Below, piece by piece: positions 36,301 to 47,721 of a stretch of DNA of 64,000 nt (positions are counted from its first letter, which is position 1; each line of letters begins with the position of its first letter). The stretch lies in contig CM060731.1 in NCBI GenBank assembly GCA_030704615.1, positions 64,108,001 through 64,172,000 of the forward strand. Reading direction: 5' to 3'. The translations under genes were made by a program, and so were the position numbers. The DNA comes from Takakia lepidozioides (lineage: Eukaryota > Plantae > Bryophyta). A model generated the notes under the pieces. It had not been told where the DNA came from and did not search any database. It was given only the letters and a program-made list of their open reading frames with translations.

Positions 36301-38944
36301 TCCTAACCAGGTGAATTCATATACTCGCTTAAGAATGACTCAGACAAAGAAGTGAATGTCGTCAACGACATTCAATCTGGATCTAAGATTGCAATCCATA
36401 TGAAGCCACATTTTTTCCCAAAAAAAACAGTAGAGTTTCAAGTATGACATTGCACCTGTACACAACTCGCATCATGGCCCACTCTCCTCCAACCTGACTG
36501 TCAAAGTCGTTGGACCGTAAAATGTTACCATCTTTGGAGAACTCCCGGAAAAAACAGTATCTCCAGGTGAGACCTCTCCACTTCCTTATGTATGCCTCCA
36601 ATGACATTTGGGGAGGGGAAACAATCGCAATGTTCAGGTCCTTCAAAGTCTGATCCAGCACAATGACGGCGCGCTTTTCGAGCTGCAAATAGTATATTTG
36701 TCAGAATTGCAAAAAAGATACACATCACATACTTGAAGAGAAGAAACAGCATGTTCGAATACACACCTGACTCCAAAATGTAGCCTTGTGGAGCCAGTTA
36801 TCAAACACCAAATCACTGATTCCTTCCACCTTTGTGCCAGGCTGTATGGTGCTCTTTGGGAACTGATTCAAGTCCTTTACTGTTTGATCTGAGTTCCATA
36901 TCTCCAGCCACCTTATTTTTGTTTGTGGGTCGACCATCGATATGGCCAGCCGGTGCAATTTCTCCTGCTGCATCTCCGGATGCACATGCTTGTCATAGTG
37001 TGTTTTGATCTGCTGAAGGAACTCAGGACCAAGTCCAGGATCTACTATTCTAAGCTGCTTTCCGAAGGCTGACATCAATTTGGTTCTTCGCATCTCAAAC
37101 TCCTTCTTTATTGCAGCTTCCACACCCTTTGATGTCCTTAGTTCCTCTGGTGTAGTGCGGTAATATTCGGATTTTCCCTTCTCAGCTGCCTCTGCCAGTT
37201 CTTGCTGCATTCATTCAAGTAGTGATTAGCTCCGAAGGGACTCTAAACATGTATTCGAAAAGTAAACAGATTACAGACTCGGGCTTACCGCATACATGTA
37301 CTCCAGAAACGCCTCTCGTGTCAAAGAATACCAAGTGCCTGCAGCTCTTCCTGTTTCGCACTTCTTGATGATATTGGGTGGTAGTACTGTCCGAAAATCA
37401 TCCAGCTTCATCAGACCAATCCTCTGAATTCGGAATAGTGTGTGAACCAAGCTTGTTGTCACATGCGATTTCTCTGTCGATCTGCAAAAACATTGGAAAC
37501 ATTGCATTCCTTAACACTGTTTTTTGAGGATTAACAAGACACTACAGAGGGAATCAAATCTCCTGGATGACTTACTTGTTCACGTCGTGCATAGCTGTAA
37601 GAAGCCTAGCGATGTCGTTTCCTGGATCCAAAACCATTGCCTCCACAGCAACATGCTTGTCTTTGTCTTTCGAATGGTGTTTCTGAATGTATCCCATCCA
37701 TGCCAGCAATCGGTGGTTGCCGTCCCAGACGTAGAACATGTGGTTGCAGAATTGCTGGGTGTTCTTTCCCATCATGAGGCCCAGCTCGAACTCCTCATTG
37801 GCATCTTTCCAGCACTCATCCCAGTTATCACTGATCTCTGGAGAAACTAATGTGCTTTTCCCATTTATATCCGTCAGTGACACATAAAAAACTTGTGCAC
37901 CAAGTCTATATCCATGCACAAAATCACTCTCCAATTTTGTTATGTCATGGGAAAGAGGTGGACGCACAACAGGCATTGATATCATCCGGCACAGAGGTAT
38001 GTCCAGACGCCCTCCAGATACGAGCATGTCCCTTATAACCTCCTGAGAGTTTACCTTCTGGAATGACATGAGTTCTTTCACCTTGTCAAGGTAGTGCACT
38101 TCGGATTCATCTGCTTCATCTGTATTCTCTGAGCTTTTTGCGGACTCGTCCCCATCTCCAGATCCTTTCCCCTCTGATCCTGTAGGCTTCGACCTCACAG
38201 TTTTCTGCACGATGCCATTCAGTTCTGACTAAGTGATTTGCAAATAGTGAATGGCGGTAACGACAATCACTCTGTATCAAGGAAACTCACCATGAATGGT
38301 GTGAAAGAATTCAGCACAATCTACACATGCAAAGCCGAGACTGCCGTATTCAAAACAAAAGCGAGAGCGATAGCGAACGGCGTTAACGACAATCACAAAA
38401 GATAACAACCTGCCGGATCGGTGTTGTGTAATGACATATATGTGCAACTGATTGGCGGCAACGACATTCAGTGTAGTTTAGGGAGAATAGTAAGTGCAGA
38501 CTCTCTCTTCAAACACATAGGTACATAAATCTCATGAGGAGAATCGAATGGCGTTAACGACGCTCGCGATTCAGTAGTTCCTGCTAAAGAATGGAAGAGG
38601 AAGGACTCCTTGAAAGGCAATCAGACAGACTATATGATAAAACTTACTGGCACCTTCTTAGGTTTTGAAATTTGATCCCCTTCTGCAGCTTTCCTCTTCC
38701 CTCTCACATCTGCTGGAGTTTCTGTCTGCGCAAGGGTTTCTTGACCTTCTTCAGGTTCGGCGTTCCGCGTGCTTCCACCTTCTTCAGTGTCCCTGCGATT
38801 CATCTCTGCCTCCACAGGCTGGCGCACTCTTATCGCCGACTGTGTCGCAGCCGCTGCCTCAGTCTCCGTCTGCTCTTGTGAATCAGTCTCCGCGTTCACC
38901 TGCTGCCTTGGCCCTGTGTTCTCCAACAAACGACGCCTCGTCAT
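33317..38944 (-). CDS. ParB/Srx-like domain + beta-class N4C/N6A DNA methyltransferase-like fusion, about 1160 aa, 10 exons (one frameshift near 35040)
   Basis: Exons about 38944-38648, 38224/38204-37576, 37481-37289, 37204-36767, 36682-36456, 35509-34867, 34754-34416, 34221-33936, 33840-33651, 33563-33317. GT-AG junctions are phase-compatible from exon 2 onward; the exon 1-2 junction is uncertain. Motifs VRPP, YVWDGNHRLLA, KIVNEGWLSMM, ADIVILDIPDG, EKSPAFMQILLESCSHRSARVVDLSVSTGATYHAC...GRSLFGMEGD. Confidence 0.8.
35650..36375. repeat. 7 intronic 24-bp palindromes, consensus GTGAATGTCGTCAACGACATTCAC
   Basis: Copies at 35650, 35756, 35917, 36025, 36120 (degenerate), 36231, 36352. Confidence 0.92.
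38247..38567. repeat. 4 degenerate 24-bp palindromes of the same family in intron 1
   Basis: Copies at 38247, 38373, 38448, 38544 (gtgaatggcggtaacgacaatcac-like). Confidence 0.75.
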
Positions 38945-39798
38945 TTTCTCTCTTGCTCTGCGTCTCTCTCTAAGGGAAGTAAAATAAAGAGACTTTCTTC
39001 TCTTTCGTATTCTAGAAGGAACCCTCTCCAGCTTGACTACCACTCTCCCTCTAAGCGCGAAAAGTAGAAAAACGCAGTGACTCCCGATTTCTTGCGGGAT
39101 TGCCTGTGTTCTTGCGTGTCTCTAGAAGCATCGGATTCCCTCCCGCGTGACCGTTACACATAGTCGTTTCCTTATTAGTGCACATGCCAGCAATTGGTGT
39201 ACAGCTGTTCGTATTCAGTTATGGATGTCTGACGTGTGCCGCCCAAAAAAAACGGCGTGTTCTTTATTATAACGGGTTCAATATTTAAAAAGAACAGCGA
39301 ATCCCAGAAATTGATGCGCAGTCTTAAACAAATAAATATAAATGAACGAGAGTTTGATGACAAATTTTGGAATATCATACACGGTCATCCTTGTTATCCA
39401 AACCCCACATTCGTTTCACATTTGGAACTTTCCAGGTGCGCATGATCATTGGTAGTAGTATATAGATACATTTACTTAATCTGCAATCCCATTCTCAGAT
39501 CCTGTGGCATGCTTCCAGGAAGTCGGCTTTGTTATTGGGTTTATTGATGAGGTTCTGATTAACGGTTTAACAGTTGCCGACACTGCCCCTAGGGATTCTC
39601 TGACCACTGGGCCCACAAGAAAAGTAATTAAAATGGACGGCTGCATATCTGGAATGAATAACAGAATATGCACAGTCGTTATCTGAGCTTCCTCCGCCAT
39701 ATGCTCTGCTCATTCTTCAACTGTGTTCTGGAGACAGCAGTAAACCGATTTACACTAGATCTGCGATAGCAAGGTACAAACATACTCGAGGAAGGAAG
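38945..39798. promoter_or_regulatory. Probable bidirectional promoter between the cargo gene and the transposase
   Basis: About 850 bp non-coding interval between head-to-head start codons; equivalent interval 25221-26041 in copy 1. Positional inference only. Confidence 0.45.
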
Positions 39799-42700
39799 AT
39801 GGCTTCCTCTGAAGCGGAGTTCTTCTCAGACGACAAACCAGTGCCGTTCTCCCAGGAAGTCCTTGACAATGGATTTGCAATTGTTCTGGAACATGTCTTG
39901 GCTACCCGTTTTCAGCTGCAGAATGGCTCCATCTTTTTGGAGAAAGAGGTTTACGATCTGAAAGGGAAGTTGGTGAAATATTCTTTCAAAACCGTGATGA
40001 GACGGCTCATATCAGCCAGTGGAGAGTGCGTCCTGGTCGATACAGAGTACTTGGAGAGCCTCGGCGAAAGTCCCTTGGGTCATATGTGACGCCCGGGACT
40101 GCTGCTTCGGTCGTTGAAGACAAGAGGGAGGTGGTGGTGAAAAAAGAACAGACTTCCTCCACTCCAATCGTTGAGCTTTCGGATTCTTCCGATGATGACA
40201 TAAGTGAAATTCCAAATCCAGTCCTTCCTACTGTGGTTGCAGAAGCTGATGAAGAAGAGATTTGTAGTGTCATTCCAAAATTGCGGGCGATGGGAGGAAT
40301 GGCTGGATTCAAAAGTGAGTTGCGGGGAATTGATTGGGAATCTTTGAAGCAGGTGCCTGTGAAGTTCTTGCCGGAGACTTTTGATGGCGATATCCTATTC
40401 GAGCTGCCTCCTCCTCCGCGAGTTGGAGGTGTAACAATCATGATGCATGGAATGGACAAGAAACACGACGGGCACCCGTGGTGCAGAACAAAAACATCCA
40501 ATATTCAGAATGATGACAAGCTTGTTTTCAGGAGGACAGTTTGCAATGGACACCTTAGGTGTGATAATTTGAATTGCAGACACTTTCTTCAGTCTGGTGT
40601 TCATAATCAAAGCGAATGGGAGGGTCTGGCGGAGAATCCATTTCAGCCTGGGACTGCCCATTCACCGGCAAACACTTTCGTCTGCAAATTCTGCAAACTT
40701 GTGCCATCCTGCTTGGCGCTCTGCGGAGCAAGAATGTACTATGTTGTCCACCGTTTGAATACAATGACGAGAGCTTGTGTGCATTTTGGATTCCATAACC
40801 ATCCTGTCTCGAAGGGGGATTACAGGGAGAGTGTTGAGACAGTATCGAGGTTGATCAAACAGGAGTTCGGGAGAAACCCATCCGCAACAACATCTGCAAT
40901 TGCTCTTGGCGCAAGCAAGTCCTTCTTGGAAAGCCATATTTTGAGTGAAGGAGATTCTGTGGGGACTAAACTTGACGGTGCAGCATTGGACTTGGTCATG
41001 GATCATTTCTCCACTTTAAGTTCACCTAACATTCGGCATCAGATCAATGCATTGAGAATGGGCTCTGGGATCAGAGGCTACATAGACAATATTTTGGAAT
41101 TGAAACGACTGAGCAAGTACGATTACATCCAGGACAATGTATTCCCAGGTCAAGGTGCCATCAAAGTTTTTCTTTTCAAAATGTCGACTGTTGGGGAGGG
41201 CAGTGGGGTTAGCCTCGTGAAGCGGATGCAGAAGACTGGGGACTTGCAGAACTGTTTTCTTATGTTTGATCATGTGAAACGAGTGAAGGATTGGACGACA
41301 ATGGCTTGTCATGTCTACGATCCAGTGTACCAACGAGTTATGACAATTGCAGTTTGTGACATGCAATCCGAGGATACGGAATCCCAGAAGCTCATGTGGA
41401 ATTCCCTGATACGTGTCATGGGCTGCCATGGGCTGCCATCTCCAAATTTCGCAGGTTTCATGGCGGATAGTGCTCAAGCTTTGGGTCGCCCGATCCGAAG
41501 ACAATACGAATACCTATGCCAGGAAGAGAGCGTACATGTCTATTCCATTGGACACAATCTCTGGAAAAACATACAAAGTCGGACATCAAACCAGAGATGC
41601 AGACTCAGCACCGTAAATTGTGCAAAGAGTACAAAGATGCTAGAACAATGAAGGAGGCGGACACTTTGTTCCAGACAATTCGTGCCTGGTGGTTCTCTTC
41701 TGGAGCTGCATCACTTGAGAGTATGAGAGCATTGGAAGATTGGCTGGCGTTTTGGCACTTCCGGTATAGACAGTGGGGAGCAGCCATGACAATGGTACGA
41801 GGCTTCTATTTCATGCTTTATTCATACATTTGCTTTCCATATTTTTGACTCATTGCTTTCTTTATGTTGTTTCCTGTGCACTATTCTGAAGTGTGGTTAT
41901 CCTCTTTGCAGAACATGTCCATTGAGGAAATGGCGGACATGCCATCTTGCAATTTGGCAGAAACTGTGCACAATGCATGGTTGCAGCAGTCTGGGAAACG
42001 AGGTCGGGATTTGTATGTGGCAACAACAGATGATTTGATACGTGCCTTGCAACAACAAACCCGATACCGTGATTTCTTACGAGGTGGGGTTGGTGGCAAG
42101 GGTCCGGACAAATGGGAGTTGATGTTGCGTGCTGCAAACAGATGTGGGGATCCAATCAAGATAGCACGGGCGGTGAGCATGTATGCCCAGGGAACGCCAC
42201 TTGTTTCTAGAGTTCCACATCTTGAAGGGGAGGAGAGATTCGGCTCCTGTAAGAGGAAATTGAACACTCCACCTGGTTCGGATTCAGATTCCCACAGGGC
42301 AGACCGTGATAACTTCTCGAAGCCTCGTGTTCCCCTGCATGACAGCTCCATGTCCGGAACCTCCATTGTGGAGGAACCTCCAACACGACGGCAAACTCCA
42401 GCATCAAACCGTGCCACTGAAATGGTGCAGGAGAGAAACAACCCCCTTGATGTGCTTGAGTCCGCATGCCCCGACCACGTTTGGCACATAGAACGCACAA
42501 GTGTCGGGTCTCGTGTGAAATGTACAGCGATCAGGGCAACTAATTTCGAGAAGTGCACTTCATCTATATCCAGAGGTGGTGCCCGAACTCCTGCTCCGAC
42601 TTTCACGGGCTTGATGCGTCCATACGGTCAACCAGAAGCCAAGAACCACAAGTTCTGGTTCTGCGCAGATGATTGTGCCAGATGTGTGCATGGAACTGTG

Positions 42701-43297
42701 CGTCCTTCCGTAGTGATGAAGCCATCTCCTCCAACCGTTTGGCCCGTGAAGGTGGGAACACATCTCAGCTTTCAGGAGATTGAAATGCTGGAGGAGGCAG
42801 GTTTTTCCCTTGCGAGACAACCCCAACTCCATGCATGTGCTACTACTCCTGCGTCCTCCCGGGTCCCCCCGGCAAATCCTGACTTGTGGCCAACCAAACG
42901 AGATGGAAAGCTCGTTCGGCGTTTCCCTCCAACCGCTGAACACTTTGGCAAAGTGGAGTCCGCAAGAATGCTCCAAGCTCGTGTCGGAAGCACCACGGAA
43001 GTACCCGATCCAGGATATGGTCGGGTATTCACAATCATCACTTCCACATCTGCTGTTCATGACAGGACCTACGACATCACGGTTTCCAATTTCCCCAATT
43101 GCACATGTCCTGATTTTGTGAATATGCTATCAACCAGTTTGGGCAAGAAAGGTAAATTCATACCCTGCAAACATTTGTATTTCATATTTTTGAGGAGGAT
43201 GGTTTGCGATCCCAAACGTGACAACTTCATTCACCAGGCCACTATGAGTTTCAACGAGGTCGATACTCTTTTGCAGCGGGATACAACACATGGGTAG
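39799..43297 (+). CDS. Mutator-superfamily DDE transposase with GCM-like Zn domain and C-terminal SWIM (intron 41795-41911; frameshifts near 39990 and 41480)
   Basis: DGHPWCRTKTSN...RRTVCNGHLRC...C..C...HNHP (WRKY/GCM-like); FLMFDHVKRV (D1), FMADSAQA (D2), TCLFHW (CxxH), NLAETVHNAW (E); CTCPDF...PCKHLYF (SWIM). Confidence 0.82.
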
Positions 43298-43981
43298 CAT
43301 GAACTATGTAATGTGGTATGTGGATGACCATGATTTGAAATGTGTAATTCACATCAATTCGTCGGCTGTGCAATGATATGGCCTCCAACTATACGGAGTG
43401 AGGTCTGAGTGACAACTTTTAGGTAGTGCACATTTGTCATTGCACCGTTCGAAGTCTACATGTCTTGCTGTCGCTATGCACTACAATCATCTTTTGAAGA
43501 TGATCATAACTCTCATTGTTATTTGAGGAGGGAGGAAGTCTTCTCGTGGCAGCCTTTATGGCGCACACTTTGTGAGGATATTTTGTCGTCTTCGTAATTG
43601 TAAAAGTGAAACAAGCATTTGTAATTGCACAATGTTGGATGCTGCAATTGTAGGCCTCAACGCTCGTCTTGATTCTATTTAGGCAAGATTCCCTGCATTA
43701 ATTCCACGGTAATAGGACCATCCACGGTTATAGGCGGCGCATGTTAATGCTGACGTGGCAGTTGACGGACAGTGCCACGTCATCATTTACCGCCACATCA
43801 GCATGCTGACATGACGCTCACGCCACGTCAGCGTGTGTGCAGGCTCACGCCACGTCAGCTGGCGTGAGCGTACGCTCGCGCGCTCACGTGCAACGCTCAC
43901 GCCATTGCGTCGTTGTCATGCATGCAACTTGTAGTGTAAATTACTGTGTGACTCAGAACATTGTAACTTCTAGCCGTGTAC

Positions 43982-45540
43982 CTAATAGCATTGATTTCTG
44001 ACAACAAAAGCATTTGGCCTCCAATCTGGTTTGCTCTGAAGAAGTTGGTCGCGAAGGCGTTTCATCCAGGGGCTTAGATCAGTCGTTTTATTTCTCGCTG
44101 ATATAATATAAGCAACAGGTATGTCGTTGAGCCATTCGTCGAACACCATCATGGTATACATTGGGAACTGCAATGTCACAATGGTACAAAAATGAATAAG
44201 GTGAGTGTTGTAATATTGGCAACAGTTGCATGGCACTCACATTTCATAATGCAATGAAAGATAAAGCGTGACACGAATACCTTATTTTCGTTGGTCCCAA
44301 ATGTTGCATCGCAGGATACCACACGGTTGTGCCCCAGGTCGATCATTTTCTGTTTTTGCCACTCCGTTTGTATTCCAATCATGAACTTCAAATCATCCGC
44401 CACTGGCGTTGTCTCTTCATGGTAGAAGAAGACATGTCAGGATTACTATCGACCCACATACATACACTTTGTGCATCATCTGGATGTTTTTTGTAACTCT
44501 CAATCGCAAGCTTGTCGGCAATGTTTCTCACATCGTACTCGAACAAGAAACAATCGCGACTCCACTCCATGCCTGGCTGACACGAAAAAGCTTCCTGGAG
44601 CTATTGAGTGTGTGCTGGAGATAGGCCATTGCGAAGACTATCGACGATCCACTGTTTCATATCTTGGCTGAGACGAGGGGCATGCACGAATCGCGTGAAA
44701 TGGGAAGAGGGGTCAGCTGAACCATGACATGGCTTTCTTTTTGCATCCACATGTTGTTTCTGGAAGTATGTGATGATTGCCAACTCTGGATCTAGAAAAC
44801 ACTGGCCAACTTTGAAGCTTCACGTACATCCATGTTTGTATGACTCTCCGAAATCCGCTGCCTTACGTCTGATTGGCTTGACTGGTTTTTGATTATCAGA
44901 GGCTGCTATCGGTTTTTCTTTCTTCTTCACAATCGGCAGGTCCGTGCGCCTATCTACCGGGCCGTAACAACAGTGGTACATGCAAAAAAAACATACAAAG
45001 CGAAGAGGGTTATCGCCATATATGACTTGCTAGGCCAGCAGAAAGAAGTGGGGCTGGGAATGTTATACAACCCTCGTAAGTGACTTACTTATGCCACTGA
45101 CGATAACTGTTTGCACGCGGTGTCGTCAGATCTGGCAACTCACGGTACCTTTGATCTTGAACATAAAATTGGGTCTTCCCATCCACTGTACTCATTTCTC
45201 CCTCCAGAAAATCAGGAATGCGAGACCATGGAACGACGGCTACTTCGATGGATATCTGTTTCCTTTTTCCCTGGGAACCCTGGCGTATCCAACGGAGGTT
45301 TGTGTGATTGAAAAGCCCGTCTATGGGCAGCTGTAGGATGCATTTCAAATGAGATACCAAATGCTGCAAATGACAGAGTTCTCCCGCCTCGTCTTTCAAA
45401 CCATTTGATTCCAATGCTGCTTTGCGTTCCTCGTCTAGCACCTTCGCGGCAGGACACGCCATTAGCGGCAACAGTACCACCAGTACAGTACAAATCGCAG
45501 AACACACACGGGCAACGTAGCGGAGCCCTCGGGACCGCAC
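43982..45540 (-). pseudogene. MULE-A transposase, 5' exons
   Basis: IEVAVVPWSRIPDFLEGE, HVDAKRKPCHG, MIGIQTEWQKQKMIDLGHNRVVSCDATFGTNENK, FPMYTMMVFDEWLNDIPVAYIISARN...PNAFVV; frameshifts. Confidence 0.8.
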
Positions 45541-45739
45541 GACGTCTGCGCACCTGGTGAAAATGACGCGCGATGGTGGAGTTACCCGTGGGTTTTGATG
45601 TCACCGAATCGTGTAACCCAGGTTTGAATTCAAAATATCTGACACCTCTTGGAGCCCGCCAATTTTTGCCGGGCACCAAGGGGCTACATCAACAGGGGTG
45701 ACATGCGTTGGGGATAAATGATCCGGGGTGACACGAGCT

Positions 45740-46920
45740 AAGAGTGACACGATCGGGGGTTACACGGAGGGGATTGACACAGTATCGGGGTTACATGGTG
45801 GGGTTACAATGTGAGAGTTACACAATGAGGGTTACACGAAGCGGAGTTACAAGGGCTGACGTGCATAGGGTTATAGGGATGATGGGGTTACACGAGGAAC
45901 TGGAGTTACACGGAGAGGGGTACATGGGATAACATGATACAAGCTTGCATTGGGGTTACACGATGCGGGTTACATATGGTGGGGATTACATAAGATCATA
46001 TAATGGGAGGGTTACATGATGCGGGATAACATGGGGTCACAGAGGGTTACATGGATTACAGAGGGTCACAGAGGGTTACATGGATTATAGAGGGTTACAG
46101 AGGGTTACATGGAGTGAGGGTTACATAGGGGTAAGGGTGACACTCTGCGGTGTTACAACGGGTTACATGGGTTACAGAGGGTTACAGTGGGTTACATAGG
46201 GGTGAGGGTGACACTCTGCGGTGTTACAGAGGGTTACATGGAGTGAGGGTTACATAGGGGTGAGGGTGACACTCTGCGGTGTTATAGAGGGTTACATGGT
46301 GGTGAGGGTTACACTTGGTGAGGGTCACAGAGGGTTACATGGAGTGAGGATTACATGGGGTGAGGGTGACACTCTGCGGTGTTACAAAGGGTTACATGGG
46401 TTATAGAGGGTCACAGAGGGTTACATGGGTTACAAAGGGTTACAAAGGGTTACATGGAGTGAGGGTTACATAGGGGTTAGGGTGACACTCAGCGGTGTTA
46501 CAGAGGGATACACGGGTTACAGAGGGTCACAAAGGGTTACATGGAGTGATGGTTACATGGGGGTGAGGGTGACACTCTACGGTGTTACAGAGGGTTACAT
46601 GGGTTACATGGAGTGAGGGTTACATAGGGGTGAGGGTGACACTCAGCGGTGTTACACAAGGATACACGGGTTACAGAGGGTTACATGGTGGTGAGGGTTA
46701 CACCTGGTGAGGGTTATAGAGGGTCACAGAGGGTTACATGGAGTGAGGGTTACATGGGGGTGAGGGTGACACTCTGCGGTGTTACAGAGGGTTACATGGG
46801 TTACAGAGGGTTACATGGCGGTGTGGGTTACACTCGGCGGAGTTACATAGGGTTACATGGGGATGAGGGTTAAACCCGGGGCGGGGGATAAGGGGGCTGA
46901 CGTGCAAGGGGTTACAGGGA
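45740..46920. repeat. GGGTTACA satellite, subterminal to the MULE-A TIR
   Basis: Same unit structure as 1-1410. Confidence 0.9.
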
Positions 46921-46978
46921 ACTGGTGGACTGGTGTCGCAGAACGACGACGCGTCGGACGACGCCAATGGGATGAGAG

Positions 46979-47428
46979 GCGCTTGATAAGTGTGACCCAA
47001 GGGGTTACTGAAGCTTAGGCAATCCAGTTTTGGTATGGAATGGACAAGGAGCTCAAGAGAAGGGTGCGAGATGCAACCCTGTTACAAGCAGCCCAACCCA
47101 CATTAGCAGATGTGTTTCTGCTGGCTGAGCGGATTGAGCTCAACATGGTGGAGGAGCGAGTTGTTACCATTGGATTTGGCAAGGACATGCCTGCACGAGG
47201 CGCAGCTGCCAGCCCACAGGCACAAGGTACTGCCCAACAGCGTGGTCAGGGGGGCAAGGTTGCCCAGCCCAAGTTCTATGGAGCTTACAGGGGACCTCAG
47301 GTGCAGAGGCCCGTGGCATGTTTTGCAGGCCAACAGCAACCAGGGGTGATATGTTGGACATGTGGAGGACCCCATGTCAAGAGAGATTGCCCAGAGAGTG
47401 GCAAAAGGCCAGCACAAGCACAGCCTGC
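46979..47428 (+). pseudogene. 450-bp gag fragment of the DNMT-retrotransposon family inserted in the MULE-A terminus
   Basis: DKELKRRVRDATLLQAAQPTL...CWTCGGPHVKRDC matches 57978-57523 (minus); absent from the homologous terminus at about 1480. Confidence 0.85.
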
Positions 47429-47586
47429 GCGGGGGGTGGGGAGGGATTGACCGAGCCCAGCCGGCTGCCTTTCGATGGCTGCCGGAAGCGGAGAACCGGT
47501 GGTATGGGCTGTCGGGGCTGGACCGTCCTGACGCGCTCGCATTAAGTTCTTACATTATTCCTATTATCTTCCGTTGAATATATATG

Positions 47587-47721
47587 TTTTTTTTTTTTTT
47601 TTTTTTTTTTTCAGATGAGGGAAAGTAGCCCTCAAATATATTTAAAAGGACAAAGAGTACAAGAGGAAAAAATAACCTCAGCCGGGCTGTGAAGGCGTTA
47701 CATCTTAGTATACAAGCGAAT
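47587..47721 (-). repeat. Poly(A)-tailed retroposon-like 3' end; inverted copy at 61798-61923
   Basis: rc ...GAGGGCTACTTTCCCTCATCTG(A)25 here and the same sequence with (A)33 at 61798-61923. Confidence 0.6.

Larger units (their letters stand above)
32617..43915. mobile_element. ParB/MTase-cargo Mutator-like transposon, copy 2 (full length, 11.3 kb)
   Basis: Imperfect TIRs of about 55-60 bp (CAGGGATGCCTCGGCGTGAGCCTGGTCACGTGAGCGCGTGAGCG vs rc CAACGACGCAATGGCGTGAGCGTTGCACGTGAGCGCGCGAGCG). Flanks CCATG/TCATG; inserted in a MULE-A intron; two divergent genes. Confidence 0.88.
31107..47572 (-). mobile_element. MULE-A: Mutator-like element (At1g60560/SWIM-like transposase), host of the ParB/MTase element, 3' part interrupted by the chromovirus
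   Basis: TIR end at 47572 followed by the reverse-complemented TSD GTTGAATAT; subterminal GTTACA satellite; transposase exons at 45540-43982 and 31930-31327. Confidence 0.8.

Noticed and set aside
33317-38944. Bacterial contamination as the source of the ParB/MTase gene
   Set aside because: Nine GT-AG introns, TIR-bounded, and nested inside plant transposon sequence in two copies.
41881-42606. 241-aa minus-strand ORF
   Set aside because: Antisense shadow of the transposase exon; no motifs.
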